Shown here: positions 37,271-49,104 of the stretch, piece after piece
Position numbering within the stretch: position 1 is the first letter of the stretch
How the letters are laid out: every line of letters starts with the position of its first letter
Assembly: GCA_035221665.1 (NCBI GenBank)
Contig: CM069133.1
Span: 91,016,001-91,080,000, forward strand
Reading direction: 5' to 3'
Length of the DNA stretch: 64,000 nucleotides
From: Okamejei kenojei
Taxonomy: Eukaryota
Made by a program: the position numbers and the translations under genes
Notes under the pieces: generated by a model
Seen by the model: the letters and a program-made list of their open reading frames with translations, nothing else
Databases searched by the model: none
Told to the model about the DNA's origin: nothing

Positions 37271-38865
37271 CAGTGCATTCAGAAAGTATTCAGACCCCTT
37301 CACTTTTACCACATTTTGCTACGTTACAGACTTATTCTAAAATTGATTTTTAATTTTTTTTTTTATCATCAATCTACACACAATAATAAAAAAAGCAAAA
37401 ACAGGTGTTTACAAATTTTTGCAAAGTAATTAAAAATAAATAACAGAAATTTCACATTTACATAAGTATTCAGGCCATTTACTCAGTACTTTGTTGAGGC
37501 ACCTTTGGCAGCGATTACAGCCTAGAGTCTTCTTGGGTATGACTCTACAAGCTTGGGTAATTTCTCCCATTCTTCTCTGCCGATCCTCTAAAGCTCTGTC
37601 AGTTTGGATGGGGAGCGTCGATGCACAGCTATTTTCAGGTCCTTCCAGAGATGTTCGATCGGGTTCAAGTCCGGGTTCTGGCTGGGCCACTCAAGGACAT
37701 TCACATATATATCACAAAGCCACTCCAGAGTTGGCTTGGCTGTGTGCTTAGGGTCGTTGTCCTGTTGGAAGGTGAACCTCCACCTCTGTCTGAGGTCCAG
37801 AACGCTCTGGAGCAGGTTTTCATCAAGGATCTCTCTGTACTTTGCTCCGTTCATCTTTCCATCAATCCTGACTAGTCTCCCAGTTCCTGCCGCTGAAAAA
37901 CATCCCCACAGCATGATGCTGCCACCACCATGCTTCACCATAGGTATGGTATTTGCCAGGTGATGAGCGGTGCCTGGTTTCCTCCAGACATGACGCTTGG
38001 CATTCAGGCCAAAGAGTTAAACCTTGGTTTCATTGGACCAGAGCACCAGAGAAAACAACCATTTTGGCAAATTCCAAGCGGGCTGTCATGTGCCTTTTAC
38101 TGAGGAGTGGCTTCCATCCGGCCACTCTACCATAAAGGCCTGACTGGTGCAGTGCCGCAGATATAGTTGTCCTTGCGGAAGGTTCTCCCATCTCCATTGA
38201 GGAACTCTGGAGCTCTGTCAGAGTGACTATCGGGTTCTTGGTCACCTCCTTGATCAAGTCGCTTCTCCCCCAATTGCTTAGTTTGGCCGGACGGCCAGTT
38301 CTATGAAGAGTCCTGGTGGTTCCAAAGTTCTTCCATTTAAGAATGATGGAGGCCACTGTGCTCTTCGAGACCTGCAATGCTGCAGAAATTGTTTTATACC
38401 CTTCCCCAGATCTGTGTCTCAACACAATCCTGTCTCGGAGATCTATGGACAATTCCCTCGTCTTTCTTGGTTTGGTTTTTGCTCTGACCTGCACTGTCAA
38501 CTGTGGGACCTTATATAGACGGGTGTGTGCCTTTCCAAATCATGTACAATCCATTTAATTTACCTCTGGTAGACTCCAAAAAAGTTGTAGAAACATTTCA
38601 AGGATAATCAATGGAAACAGGATGAACCTAAGTTCAATTTTGAATGTCGTAGCAAAGCGTCTGAATACTTATGTAAATGTGATATTTAAATTATTTATTT
38701 TTAATTACTTTGAACAAATTTCTAAACACCTGTTTTCGCTTCTTCATTCTGGGGTATTGTGTGTAGATTGATGATAAAAAAAATAATTTAATTAATTTTA
38801 AAATAAGGCTATAATATAACAAAATGGAAAAAGTGAAGGGGTCTGAATACTTTCTGACTGCACTG
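37271..38865 (-). mobile_element. Tc1-family DNA transposon (IR/DR type) with a defective transposase
   Basis: TA|CAGTGCA...TGCACTG|TA ends, TIRs of about 210 bp with an inner aagtattcag direct repeat, paired-like HTH (38030-38500), and [24 protein letters not shown]. Internal deletion near 38040. Confidence 0.95.
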
Positions 38866-39194
38866 TATACAAACAATTCTTTGAGGTGTAAGACCTTGCC
38901 AAGAAAGTGGAACAAAACAAATTCCTCCCATTCTTTCACTAGATGCAGATTAGTTTATTGTTTACCAAAATGCAATGATTTTTTTTATTAACATGAAGCA
39001 CACTGAGTAAACAGCATAACTCAGTAATGATACATACAACAATGAATACACTAGCGAGTGCAAAACAACAGGATGATGCAAGATTGTAGTGTAGAATTAA
39101 GAATAGGAGTACATGGCACCACCTACAGAAAGTGGGGTGAAAATGAGGTGATTGGTTCAGGAGTCTGGTAGCTGTGGGAAAGAAGCAGTTCACG

Positions 39195-39955
39195 TTATCT
39201 GAATGGTGGCCGATTAGGAAAAGGGGAGATGCAACGAGACCTGGGTGTCATGGTACACCAGTCATTGAAAGTAGGCATGCAGGTGCAGCAGGCTGTGAAG
39301 AAAGCGAATGGTATGTTGGCATTCATACAAAAGGATTTGAGTACAAGAGCAGGAAGGTTCTACGGCAGTTGTACAGTGTCTTGGTGAGACCACACCTGGA
39401 GTATTGCGTACAGTTTTGGTCTCCTAACCAGAGGAAAGACATTCATGCCATAGAAGGAGTACAGAGAAGGTTCACCAGACTGATTCCTGGGATGTCAGGA
39501 CATTCATATGAAGAAAGACTGGATAGACTCGGCTTGTACTCGCTAGAATTTAGAAGATTGAGGGGGGATTTTATAGAAACTCACAAAATTCTTAAGGGGC
39601 TGGACAGGCTAGATGCAGGAAGATTGTTCCCGATGTTGGGGAGGTCCAGAACAAGGGGTCACAGTTTAAGGATAAGGGGGAAGTCTTTTAGGACCGAGAT
39701 GAGAAAAATATTTTTCACACAGAGAGTGGTGAATCTCTGGAATTCTCTGCCACAGAAGATAGTTGAGGCCAGTTAATTGGCTATATTTAAGAGGGAGTTA
39801 GATGTGGCCCTTGTGGCTAAGGGGATCAGGGGGTATGGAGAGAAGGCAGGTACAGGATACTGAGTTGGATGATCAGCCATGATCACATTGAATGGCGGTG
39901 CAGGCTCGAAAGGCTGAATGGCCTACTCCTGCACTTATTTCCTGTTTTCTATGTT
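39195..39955 (+). mobile_element. CR1 LINE, 5'-truncated
   Basis: [14 protein letters not shown]...RTRGHSLRI...WNSLP and a 3' tail tttctatg. Confidence 0.9.
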
Positions 39956-40197
39956 TAAGTCTAGACATGAGCTTTCAAGATCCTGACTCTTCATCTCGAA
40001 GAGAGAAAAGGGAATGGCCAGGATGGCAGGCCTCCTTGGCGATTCATCCAGCCTTCCTGGTACAATGCACCATGAAGATGGACTGGAAGTGACAAGCCTG
40101 TGATGGACTAGACTGTTCACCTTTTTCTGCAGGTTCAGATGGTTAAGAGCAGAGCAGTTGCTGTTCAAGGCTGAGATGCATCAGAATACCTACATAC

Positions 40198-41023
40198 ATG
40201 TGAGGTTATCATAAATGTGAGGTTATCCACTTTGGTGGCAAAAACAGGAAGGTAGACTATTATTTGAATGGTGACCGATTAGGAAAAGGGGAGATGCAGC
40301 GAGACCTGGGTGTCACGGTACACCAGTCATTGAAAGTAGGCATGCAGGTGCAGCAGGCTGTGAAGAAAGCGAATGGTATGTTGGCATTCATACAAAAGGA
40401 TTTGAGTACAAGAGCAGGGAGGTTCTACTGCAGTTGTACAGGGTCTTGGTGAGGCCACACCTGGAGTATTGCGTACAGTTTTGGTCTCCTAATCTGAGGA
40501 AAGACATTCTTGCCATAGAGGGAGTACAGAGAAGGTTCACCAGACTGATTCCTGGGATGGCACGACTTCCATATGAAGAAAGACTGGATAGACTTAGCTT
40601 GTTCTCACTGGAATTTAGAAGATTGAGGGGTGATCTCATAGAGACTTACAAAATTCTAAGGGGTTGGACAGGCTAGATGCAGGAAGATTGTTCCCGATGT
40701 TGGGGAAGTCCAGGACAAGGGGTCACAGTTTAAGGATAAGGGGGAAGCCTTTTAGGACCGAGATGAGAAAATCGTTTTTCACACAGAGAGTGGTGAATCT
40801 GTGGAATTCTCTGCCACAGAAGGTAGTTGAGGTCAGTTCGTTGGCCATATTTAAGAGGGAGTTGGATGTGGCCTTTGTGGCTGAAGGGATCAGGGGGCAT
40901 GGAGAGAAGGCAGGTACAGGATACTGAGTTGGATGATCAGCCATGATCATATTGAATGGCGGTGCAGGCTCGAAGGGCCGAATGGCCTGCTCCTGCACCT
41001 AATTTCTATGTTTCTATGTTTCT
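40198..41023 (+). mobile_element. CR1 LINE, 5'-truncated
   Basis: Same family as 39195-39955, with a (tttctatg)n tail. Confidence 0.9.
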
Positions 41024-42967
41024 CGGGGACATTCATAGAAGTTTGAGAAAATCCTTATGGACAGTCCAAATCTCCAAATCAAGTTAGGTTGCTGGTGATA
41101 TGGATGTTCTGGAACTTGAAACTGTCAACCATCTTAACAACAGCTCTGATGATGAGGAGTGGATTGTGTTCACCCCTACTCTTCCTTAGGTTAACAACTA
41201 ACTATTTCCACTTGCTGACATTAAGGGCTAGGTTGTTATCCTCATACCATGACACAAATTCTCGATCTGTTTCCAGTACCTCAGCGCATCATTGTTGTTG
41301 ATCTGGCCAACAACAATAGTATCATCAGCAAACTTAACGATTGAGTTGGGGCTGTGCTGTAATACACAATCATGGGTGTACAGGGAGTAGAGTAGGAGAC
41401 TTAGCATATGACTTTGAGAGGTACAAGTGTAGAGGGTCAGGGTGGAGGAAATGTTATGAACAATTCTAATCGACTGAGGTCTGCTAGACAGGAAGTCCAG
41501 ACACCGTTGCAGATGGAGGATTGGAGGCCAAGATCCAAAAGTTCAGAGATGATGTTATTCAGTATCAGGGTGTTGAAGGCAGGGCTGTGGTCAATGAATA
41601 GTATCCTGACATAGGAGTTCATTTTGCCAAGGTGATCTAAAACATTTCAGAGATGGCATCCTCTGCAGTGCTATTTTTCCAGTGCGTAAATTGAAAGGAG
41701 CTAGATTACATGGAAGACTGGCTCAGATGCAAGCCATTAGCAGTCTTTCAAAACATGTAATTGTGGACAATGTTACAACTAATGGACAGAATCAGTAAGT
41801 GATTTCTATGTATTTTTTGGGGGGACTGCAATGATGGAGATTTTCTTGAATTAGATGGGAAACTAGACTATTGAAGTGAGAGTTGAAGATGCTGGCGAAG
41901 ACTATGGCCTGTTGATTGGCGGACAATTTCAGACCATGTCCAGGGACTCCATCATGGCCAGCCTCTTCCCAATGCTCATGAAAACAGATCTTACTTCTGC
42001 CGCCGCAATACATGGGACAGAGCCAGCGGGGGCTGGGGGACACACCGAGTTAGAACTTTCTATGCTTGTTCAAAACAAGTGTAAAAGGCATTGAGCTCAT
42101 CTGGTAAAGTTGCGTTCTGGCCAGAGATGGCCCTTCATATTGACTTGTAGCCCATGTTGGTATTCAGACGTTGCCACAGTTGTCTGGCATCCGTTTGAAT
42201 TGAGCCTCCAGCTTTTTTTGGAATCCTGTCTTTGCATCCCATATAGCCTCGTGGAGGTCATACTTGGTCTACTTGTACAGTACAGGATCATCTTGCTTGA
42301 AAGCTCTGGATTTGGACCTAAGCAGAGAGTGATTTTACCTGTTCAGCCATGGTTTCTGAGTAGGATAGATCCTAATTGATTTTGTCAGAACACAGTCCAC
42401 AATGCATTTCTTGCTGAAATCAGTGACAAATGGGGTGCACTTTTTATAGAAGTGAATTCAGCCCAGAGCAATTTGGTTGATCTTTACAATTGTTCTTATT
42501 GAGTTCAGGGGCAATTAGGAGTGGACATTTTACATTCACATCCTCAAGATGGTACTACTTCAACCTGAATGTTTTTCAGACCCTTCCTCCAACCTGGTGA
42601 CTTTATCTACCCCACACCAATTATTTAGCTCATCATCCATACTATCTATAAATAAATGAACTCTTCTCCCCTCAGCGTTTCAGCCATGTGTTTACCATCC
42701 ACAGAATTCATTCTTTATCCAAATATGAACTGGGTTGAGCTGTGCGTCACAGAGTGGCAACCTCAACATCCCATTTTCTAATATTTTGATGTTCAACCTG
42801 TTACAATTCCTACTACTTGTTCTTCCCTAAACATTGCTTCTGAAATGGGGTACAGCACATTGGCTGCTGCTCCTCTTCTTGGTTCTTTTCCAGATGATTC
42901 AAAAGTTATATATTCTGGAATGGGGCAAGGAACCCCTTCCTCCAGATTCTTTAATCCAATTACCGTA

Positions 42968-43376
42968 CGTAAGATAGGTCTTTATTCTTTGGAGCGCAGG
43001 TTAAGGGGTGACTTGATTGAGGTCTTTAAAATGATGAAAGGGATAGACAGAGTTGACGTGGATAAGCTTTTCCCATTGAGGGTAGGGAAGATTCAAACAA
43101 GAGGGCATGACATGAGAATTAAGGGACAGAAGTTTAGGGGTAACGTGAGGGGGAACTTCTTTACTCAGAGGGTGGTGGCTGTGTGGAATGAGCTTCCAGC
43201 AGAGGTGGTGGAGGCAGGATCGATTTTAACATTTAAAAGTAAAGTGGATAGGTATATGGACGTGAAGGGAATGGAGGGGTATGGTCTGAGTGCAGGTAGA
43301 TGGGACTAGGGGAAAACAAATGGTCGGCACGGACTGGAAGGGCCGAGAGGGCCTGTCTCCGTGCTGTAATTGTTAT
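42968..43376 (+). mobile_element. CR1 3' fragment (second subfamily)
   Basis: [18 protein letters not shown]...WNELP; near-identical to 58350-58682. Confidence 0.9.
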
Positions 43377-43465
43377 AAGATATCCTCTTTCTAATTACTG
43401 TATTGGCCTTATAGCTCTTTTTCCACACCCACTAGTCAAACATAACCTGTTTCTGTATTTCTTTG

Positions 43466-44314
43466 TTAAAGAAAGCAGTTACATCTCCCCTCCTGTCTGC
43501 CTTCCGCAAAGACCGCTCCCTCTGCAACTCCCTTGTCAATTCTTCCCTTCCCTCCCGCTCTACCCCTTCCCCAGGCACTTTCCCTTGCAACCGCAAGAAA
43601 TGCTACACTTGTCCCTTCACCTCCCTCCTCCACTCTTTTCAGGGTCCCAAGCAGTCCTTCCAGGTCCGACAGAGGTTCACCTGCACCTCCTCCAACCTCA
43701 TCTACTGCATCCGCTGCTCCAGATGCCAGATGATCTATATCGGTGAGACCAAGCGGAGGCTTGGCGATCGTTTCGCCGAACACCTCCGCTCGGTCCGCAT
43801 TAACCAACCCGACCTCCTGGTGGCTCAGCACTTCAACTCCCCATCCCATTCCGTATCCGACCTCTCGGTCCTGGGCCTCCTCCACGGCCAGAGTGAGCAA
43901 CACCGCAAGTTGGAGGAACAGCACCTCATATTCCGCTTGGGGAGTCTGCATCCTTTGGGCTTGAACATTGAATTTTCTCAATTCTGTCAACCCTGGCTGT
44001 CTCCTCCCCTTCCCACCTCTCCCTCAGCCCTCGGGCCCTGGCATTCCCTCTCTCTCTATCTCCCTCCCTCACCCTAATCGACTTCTCATTTTCACACCAC
44101 AAACAGCTTACAATGGCTTGTTCCCTTTATCATTGATACTTTTTTGCATATCTTTCATTCATTGTTCTTTATCTCTCCACATCACCGTCTATATCTCTCG
44201 TTTCCCTGATCCCTGAACAGTCTGAAGAAGGGTCTTGACCCGAAACGTCGCCTATCTCCTTCGCTCCTTAGATGCTGCTGCACCCGCTGAGTTTCTCCAG
44301 CCTTTTGTGTACCC
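43466..44314 (+). mobile_element. Penelope-like element, 5'-truncated, with open GIY-YIG endonuclease domain
   Basis: ORF 43463-44077 reads CTSSNLIYCIRCSRCQMIYIGETKRRLGDRFAEH...GLNIEF. 14-bp TSD tctgtatttctttg at 43452-43465 and 44315-44328. Confidence 0.92.
44222..44249 (+). ncRNA. Minimal hammerhead ribozyme-like motif in the Penelope 3' end
   Basis: CTGAAGA-a-GGGTC-tt-GACCC-GAAAC-GTC: catalytic core, stem II, palindromic ACGT stem III and a GUC cleavage triplet. Stem I is weak. Confidence 0.6.
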
Positions 44315-44587
44315 TCTGTATTTCTTTGAGCATCCTTCCATTACAGTAACTATATTTTACTATGCTGTGTACAAGTCATACAATCTGTAGATGGTTTATA
44401 TGCAACCAATAATATAGTTACCTCAGTCCCATTAACCCCGCCTAGTTAACATCAATCATAACGCCTTCCCCTTCCTGGGTGCAGCTCAGTGGAAGAATGC
44501 AGCCAGTGCTTGAAGATGTATGTAATACCCTGTGCTATCATTAAAAGATGTTGCACACTTTAAGAATTTGTAAATTGCTTATTTACA

Positions 44588-44622
44588 TGGTGTCAGAAGT
44601 GGGATTCAAACCCACGCCTCCA
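44588..44622 (+). other. Extended primer-binding site: 35 nt complementary to the tRNA-Leu(CAA) 3' end including CCA
   Basis: TGGTGTCAGAAGTGGGATTCAAACCCACGCCTCCA. Its reverse complement gives variable arm, T arm (GGTTtGAATCC), acceptor stem and CCA, with one mismatch to vertebrate tRNA-Leu(CAA) as I recall it. Confidence 0.85.
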
Positions 44623-45257
44623 TGGGGTCACCTGCTCAGCGCCTGATGTCCAGAACAACCAGATCTACCATCCCGATTGCCCAGCGCCAGCTGAAACCTC
44701 GGGTGCTGGAGCCCGCCTGCGTGCGGAGGCGAATTCAAGGGAAACATGAAAGCCAGCGGCGTTCCCATGATCGGTCGTGCAGACCACTCGATCCCCTGTT
44801 GCCTGGACAGGTTGTTCAGTTGCAGACCGCCGGTGGTCACTCCCGTCTGGCTACCGTGGTTGGGGTGGCCGACTCACCTCGTTCGTATCTGGTCGACCAT
44901 GAGGGTACCATCTACCGAAGAAGCCGACAACACCTGCTTGTGGTTAATGAGCCGAAGCCGCAGCCCCCGGGGCCCTATGCCCCGCCACTCTCATACCAGC
45001 AGCCGGCTGCCATCCCAGCCAGTGTTCCCTGCATGCCTCGGTCCCCATCTCGAGCGCCTGGTTCCTCTCTGCGCGGGTCCCCTGTTGCCGGTCGCGGTTC
45101 TCCCTCTCCTGTTTCTCCCACCCCACTGCCCTTCCCTGGTTCCCCAGCTGCCTCGCGTCCTCCTGTTTCTTCTGCTCTTTCGGGGGAAGGGGGAGACAGC
45201 CGTACGCGCTCAGGCCGGATCAGCAAGCCACCTGTTCGTTATGGCGATTTCGTTTAA
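44622..45257 (+). CDS. Open 211-aa ORF: C-terminal part of a gypsy integrase
   Basis: GSPAQRLMSRTTRSTIP (post-catalytic-core motif), L.PGQVV..PRSYLV..G.IYRRSRQHL (SH3-like), Pro/Ser-rich linker, RTRSGRISKPPVRY tail. No DDE core. Confidence 0.75.
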   Translation: MGSPAQRLMSRTTRSTIPIAQRQLKPRVLEPACVRRRIQGKHESQRRSHDRSCRPLDPLLPGQVVQLQTAGGHSRLATVVGVADSPRSYLVDHEGTIYRRSRQHLLVVNEPKPQPPGPYAPPLSYQQPAAIPASVPCMPRSPSRAPGSSLRGSPVAGRGSPSPVSPTPLPFPGSPAASRPPVSSALSGEGGDSRTRSGRISKPPVRYGDFV

Positions 45258-45837
45258 TTCTGCTGTTTAATTCTGTTGTTGTGACAACAATCTGTTTTTT
45301 GATTTTCTAAGGGGAAGGATGTAGATGGTTTATATGCAACCAATAATATAGTTACCTCAGTCCCATTAACCCCGCCTAGTTAACATCAATCATAACGCCT
45401 TCCCCTTCCTGGGTGCAGCTCAGTGGAAGAATGTAGCCAGTGCTTGAAGATGTATGTAATACCCTGTGCTATCATTAAAAGATGTTGCACACTTTAAGAG
45501 TTTGTAAATTGCTTATTTACACAATCCATACCTGGAAGCCCATTCTATCCTGTCCTCTTTGGATCTCTAATTATACTTGCTTTAGCATTAGTGCCCTTGC
45601 TTTCTGCTGCAAAACCCTGGGGTCTAGAATTCACATTCTTAATCGTTCTACTTCTCAATGCCTCTACCCTCTAATTCACTTTTCAAAAAGCCACCACTTT
45701 GACCATGTTTTTAGATATCTATTTCAACTTTCTCTCCATTGTATTTGACAATGTTCCATGGAAGTATATATAATAATGTAAGATAATAAGAGCAGTGAGG
45801 GGTAGGCCACACGGTCCCTCAACACTGCCCTGGCTTA

Positions 45838-46136
45838 GTTTTGTTTTGTTTAGAGATATAGTGTGGAAACAGGCCCCTCGGCCCACCGAGCACAGGTCGA
45901 CCAGCGATCACCCTGCACACTAGCACTATCCTACACATTAGGGACAATTTACAATCTTTACAGAAGCCAATTAGCCTACATACCTGTACGTCTTTGGAGT
46001 GTGGGAGGAAACTGGAGCACTCGGGGAAAACCCATGCGGTCACGGGGAGAACATACAAACACCTTACAGACTGCACCCAAAGTCAGGATCAAACCAAGGT
46101 CTCTAGTGCTATAAGACACTGTGCCACCATGCCGCT
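45838..46136 (-). mobile_element. HE1-type tRNA-derived SINE (V-SINE)
   Basis: On the minus strand: A-box-like gcatggtggcacagt, B-box-like ggtttgatcct, central gttctccccgtgaccgcatgggttttccc domain, CR1-like 3' tail and short T-rich repeats. Confidence 0.8.
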
Positions 46137-46224
46137 GGCATTCAATATGATAATGGTTGATCTGCTCCAGGCTTCATCTCCTCATCAGTGCCTGTTCTCC
46201 ATATCCCTCAAATCCCTCCCTGAT

Positions 46225-47170
46225 GGAACATAGAACAGTATAGCAGAGGAACAGGCCTATCAGACCACGAAGTTCATGCCGAAAATGATGCCAAGTTAAA
46301 CTGATTTCCATTTCCTGCATGTGATCCTTATCGCTCCATTCCTTGGATATCCATGTACCTACCCAAAAGCCTCTTTAATGCCATTATCCTATCTGCTTTC
46401 ACCGCCACCCTGACAGCGCTTTCCAGGCACCCACCACTTCCTGTGTAAAAATCTTGTCCCGCACATCTCCTTTAAGCTTCGTCTCTCTCACCTTAAACCG
46501 ATGCCCTCTAGTTTTTGACATTTCCACCCTGGGGAAAAAGGTTCTGACTGTCTACCCTATCTTGGCCTTTCATAATTTTACAAACTTCTATTAGATCTCT
46601 CCTTAGCCTCTGACGATCCAGAGAAAACAAATCAACTTTGTCTAAACTCTACATTTAGCTCATATGTTGTCATTCCAGACTGCATTCTGGTGAACCTGCA
46701 TCCTCTCTAAAGGCTCCACATCCTTCCTGTGATGTGCAACCAGAACTGCACATAATACTCCAAATGCAGCCGAACCAAGGTCCTATAAGACTGCAACGTG
46801 CCTTCCTGACTTATATTCATTGCCCCGACCAATAAAGGTAAGCATACCACAAGTCTTCTTTCCAACTGTATCTACTCTATCTTGGCACTTCTAGGGAGCT
46901 AAAGACTTAGATCACAAGATCATTCTTTATATCAATGTTATCTTGCCATTAACTATATATTTCCCCTTAATTCAACCTCTCAAATTGCAACACCACACAC
47001 TTTCTCGGCAAAAACTCCATCTGCCATTTCTCCACTCATTTCTGTAGCTGAGCTATATTCCGCTGTACACGTTGACAACCATCATCAATGTCCACATCTT
47101 CACCCAAGGTTACCAACCCATCTACGGTTACACTCTGTTTGTAAACAACAGAGTTCCCAGCACAGAACAC
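46225..47170 (-). mobile_element. Degenerate CR1 3' portion
   Basis: ccagaactgcacataatactcc (EYYVQFW) and a CR1 tail gaacatagaacag. Confidence 0.7.
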
Positions 47171-47174
47171 CGTT

Positions 47175-47740
47175 CCACCACAACCCTGAGAGGAGAGACC
47201 CTGAGCTTCCAGTTGCCTTCCATTTTAATTCACCATCCCATGTTGACCTCTCTCTCTCTCTGGCCTGCTTCAATGTTACAATGAAGCACAATGTAAATTT
47301 GAAGACAAGACCTCACCTTCCCTCTGGGCATGCTGTAGTTTGCAGGACTCAGTGCTGAATTAAATAACTTCAGGTATGTTGTTCTATCCCCATTTTTTTG
47401 TTGCAATTGCTCTCTTTCTTTTTGTTTCATTTGTTAACTTGGCTTGCAGGGGACATTCAATCGGCCAGACTATACAACACCAGTCAGGCGCCACAACATT
47501 AGCAAATATAACGCAAATATAATTGGCTTAACTGTCAATTTATTGGCTGTATTATTACAGAAAATGCCCTCCCACACTCTTCTGTTATCTGGACCAGCTT
47601 ATTTTCTTTCTTTCTTTCTTAGTCCTGGCGAAGGGTCTTCAATCTGAAATGATAATTGTTTTTTATTCCACAGATGCTGCTGGACCCGTTTTTTATTTTT
47701 ATTTTCAATATTTGCAGTTCGTTTAGATTTTCATGTTTCA
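47175..47740 (+). mobile_element. Degenerate Penelope 3' fragments
   Basis: GIY-YIG C-terminal remnant (gaagacaagacctcaccttc) and a tail agtcctggcgaagggtcttcaatctgaaa. Confidence 0.5.
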
Positions 47741-48377
47741 ATATAAAATGTCCTTTGAAGTTGATATTAATACTCCGACTATTTCTACATTCTTTTTTAA
47801 TTGCATTCTTTAAATGCAATTTGCCTAGTACTTGAGCACCAGCAGTTATTTAAAGCCTTTTAACATATTGATTTTTGTGATAAATGACAATTTATAATCT
47901 ATCCTTGAATTTCCTGGGAATTCTAACTGATTTACTCGAGCACTTTGCAACAGATTGCCTTTAGTTTGCGGCAGAAACAATCAGCAAATGGGTGGTTCCA
48001 AGATCTGCCATTCTCAGTGAGAAGTGCCATTCAATAGAAATTGGCTAGAATAAATCTGCATAAGCAGCTTTCTTTTCTCATTCTACCATTCTCCATTTGA
48101 TTTCCTAAAATGTTTTATGCAGGTCGAGCAGACCTCCAAATCCAGTGCTTACGTGGATCTCGGCGAAGCAGCAATCAGAAGAGAAGCAGGGAGAAGAGCT
48201 TATTCGCTGAAATCCATCGGAAAGGCGAGTCAGTCAGAGGGGAAAAACAGTTTAAAACTGAGGAATTTGGTTTGTAAAATGGCAAATTAGGCAATTTATC
48301 AGTCAATATAAGCAAGGCTGCTCGAGGGGAGCGGCCTTGTGAGTAAAGTGTGAGTCTTTGGCTCGAGTCTTCTGAGA

Positions 48378-48863
48378 CCAGACTGATTCCTGGGATGTCA
48401 GGACTGTCTTATGAAGAAAGACTGGATAGACTCGGTTTATACTCTCTGGAATTTAGGAGATTGAGAGGGGATCTTATAGAAACTTACAAAATTCTTAGGG
48501 GGTTGGACAGGCTAGATGCAGGAAGATTGTTCCCGATGTTGGGGAAGTCCAGGACAAGGGGTCACAGCTTAAGGATAAGGGGGAAATCCTTTAAGACCGA
48601 GATGAGAAAGACTTTTTTCACACAGAGAGTGGTGAGTCTCTGGAACTCTCTGCCACAGAGGGTAGTTGAGGCCAGTTCATTGGCTATATTTAAGAGTGAG
48701 TTGGATGTGGCCCTTGTGGCTAAGGGGATCAGAGGGTATGGAGAGAAGGCAGGTACGGGATACTGAGTTGGATGATCAGCCATGATCATATTGAATGGCG
48801 GTGCAGGCTCGAAGGGCTGAATGGCCTACTCCTGCACCTAATTTCTATGTTTCTATGTTTCTA
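48378..48863 (+). mobile_element. CR1 3' fragment inserted in the 5' UTR of the long CR1
   Basis: (tttctatg)n tail; apparent TSD tgaga at 48373-48377 and 48864-48868. Confidence 0.85.
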
Positions 48864-49104
48864 TGAGAGGAGGCTACGTAAAAAGCTGGAGAGGTCGGGA
48901 CGCGGTGAACACATGACAGGACAGATGAGACAGTGTGATGCTTGCAGGATGTGGGAGCCCAGGGACACGGATGGAGCCTCTGGCTGCTACAGCTGTGGCA
49001 GGTGCATCCAGCTTCAGCTCCTGAAGGACCGTGTTGGGGCACTGGAGAAGCAGCTGGATGACCTCAGGGCCATCTGGGAAAGCGAGAGTTTCCTGAATAG
49101 GATC

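Larger units (their letters stand above)
38940..42440 (-). mobile_element. Degenerate Rex1/Babar-type LINE split by two CR1 insertions
   Basis: NCFFPTATRLLN at the 3' end and SYVRILFIDHSPAFNTLI at 41437-41622. The pieces 38940-39195, 39960-40190 and 41030-42440 are collinear. Confidence 0.7.
44386..45521 (+). mobile_element. Miniature Ty3/gypsy (Mag-like) LTR retroelement, 1136 bp
   Basis: 202-bp LTRs at 44386-44587 and 45320-45521 (TG...CA, two differences by eye), 5-bp TSD CAATC, PBS at 44588 and PPT aaggggaagga at 45309-45319. Confidence 0.97.

Noticed and set aside
44588-44622. Possible tRNA-Leu gene
   Set aside because: Only the 3' 35 nt are present, they include the post-transcriptional CCA, and they abut an LTR. 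This is a primer copy, not a gene.
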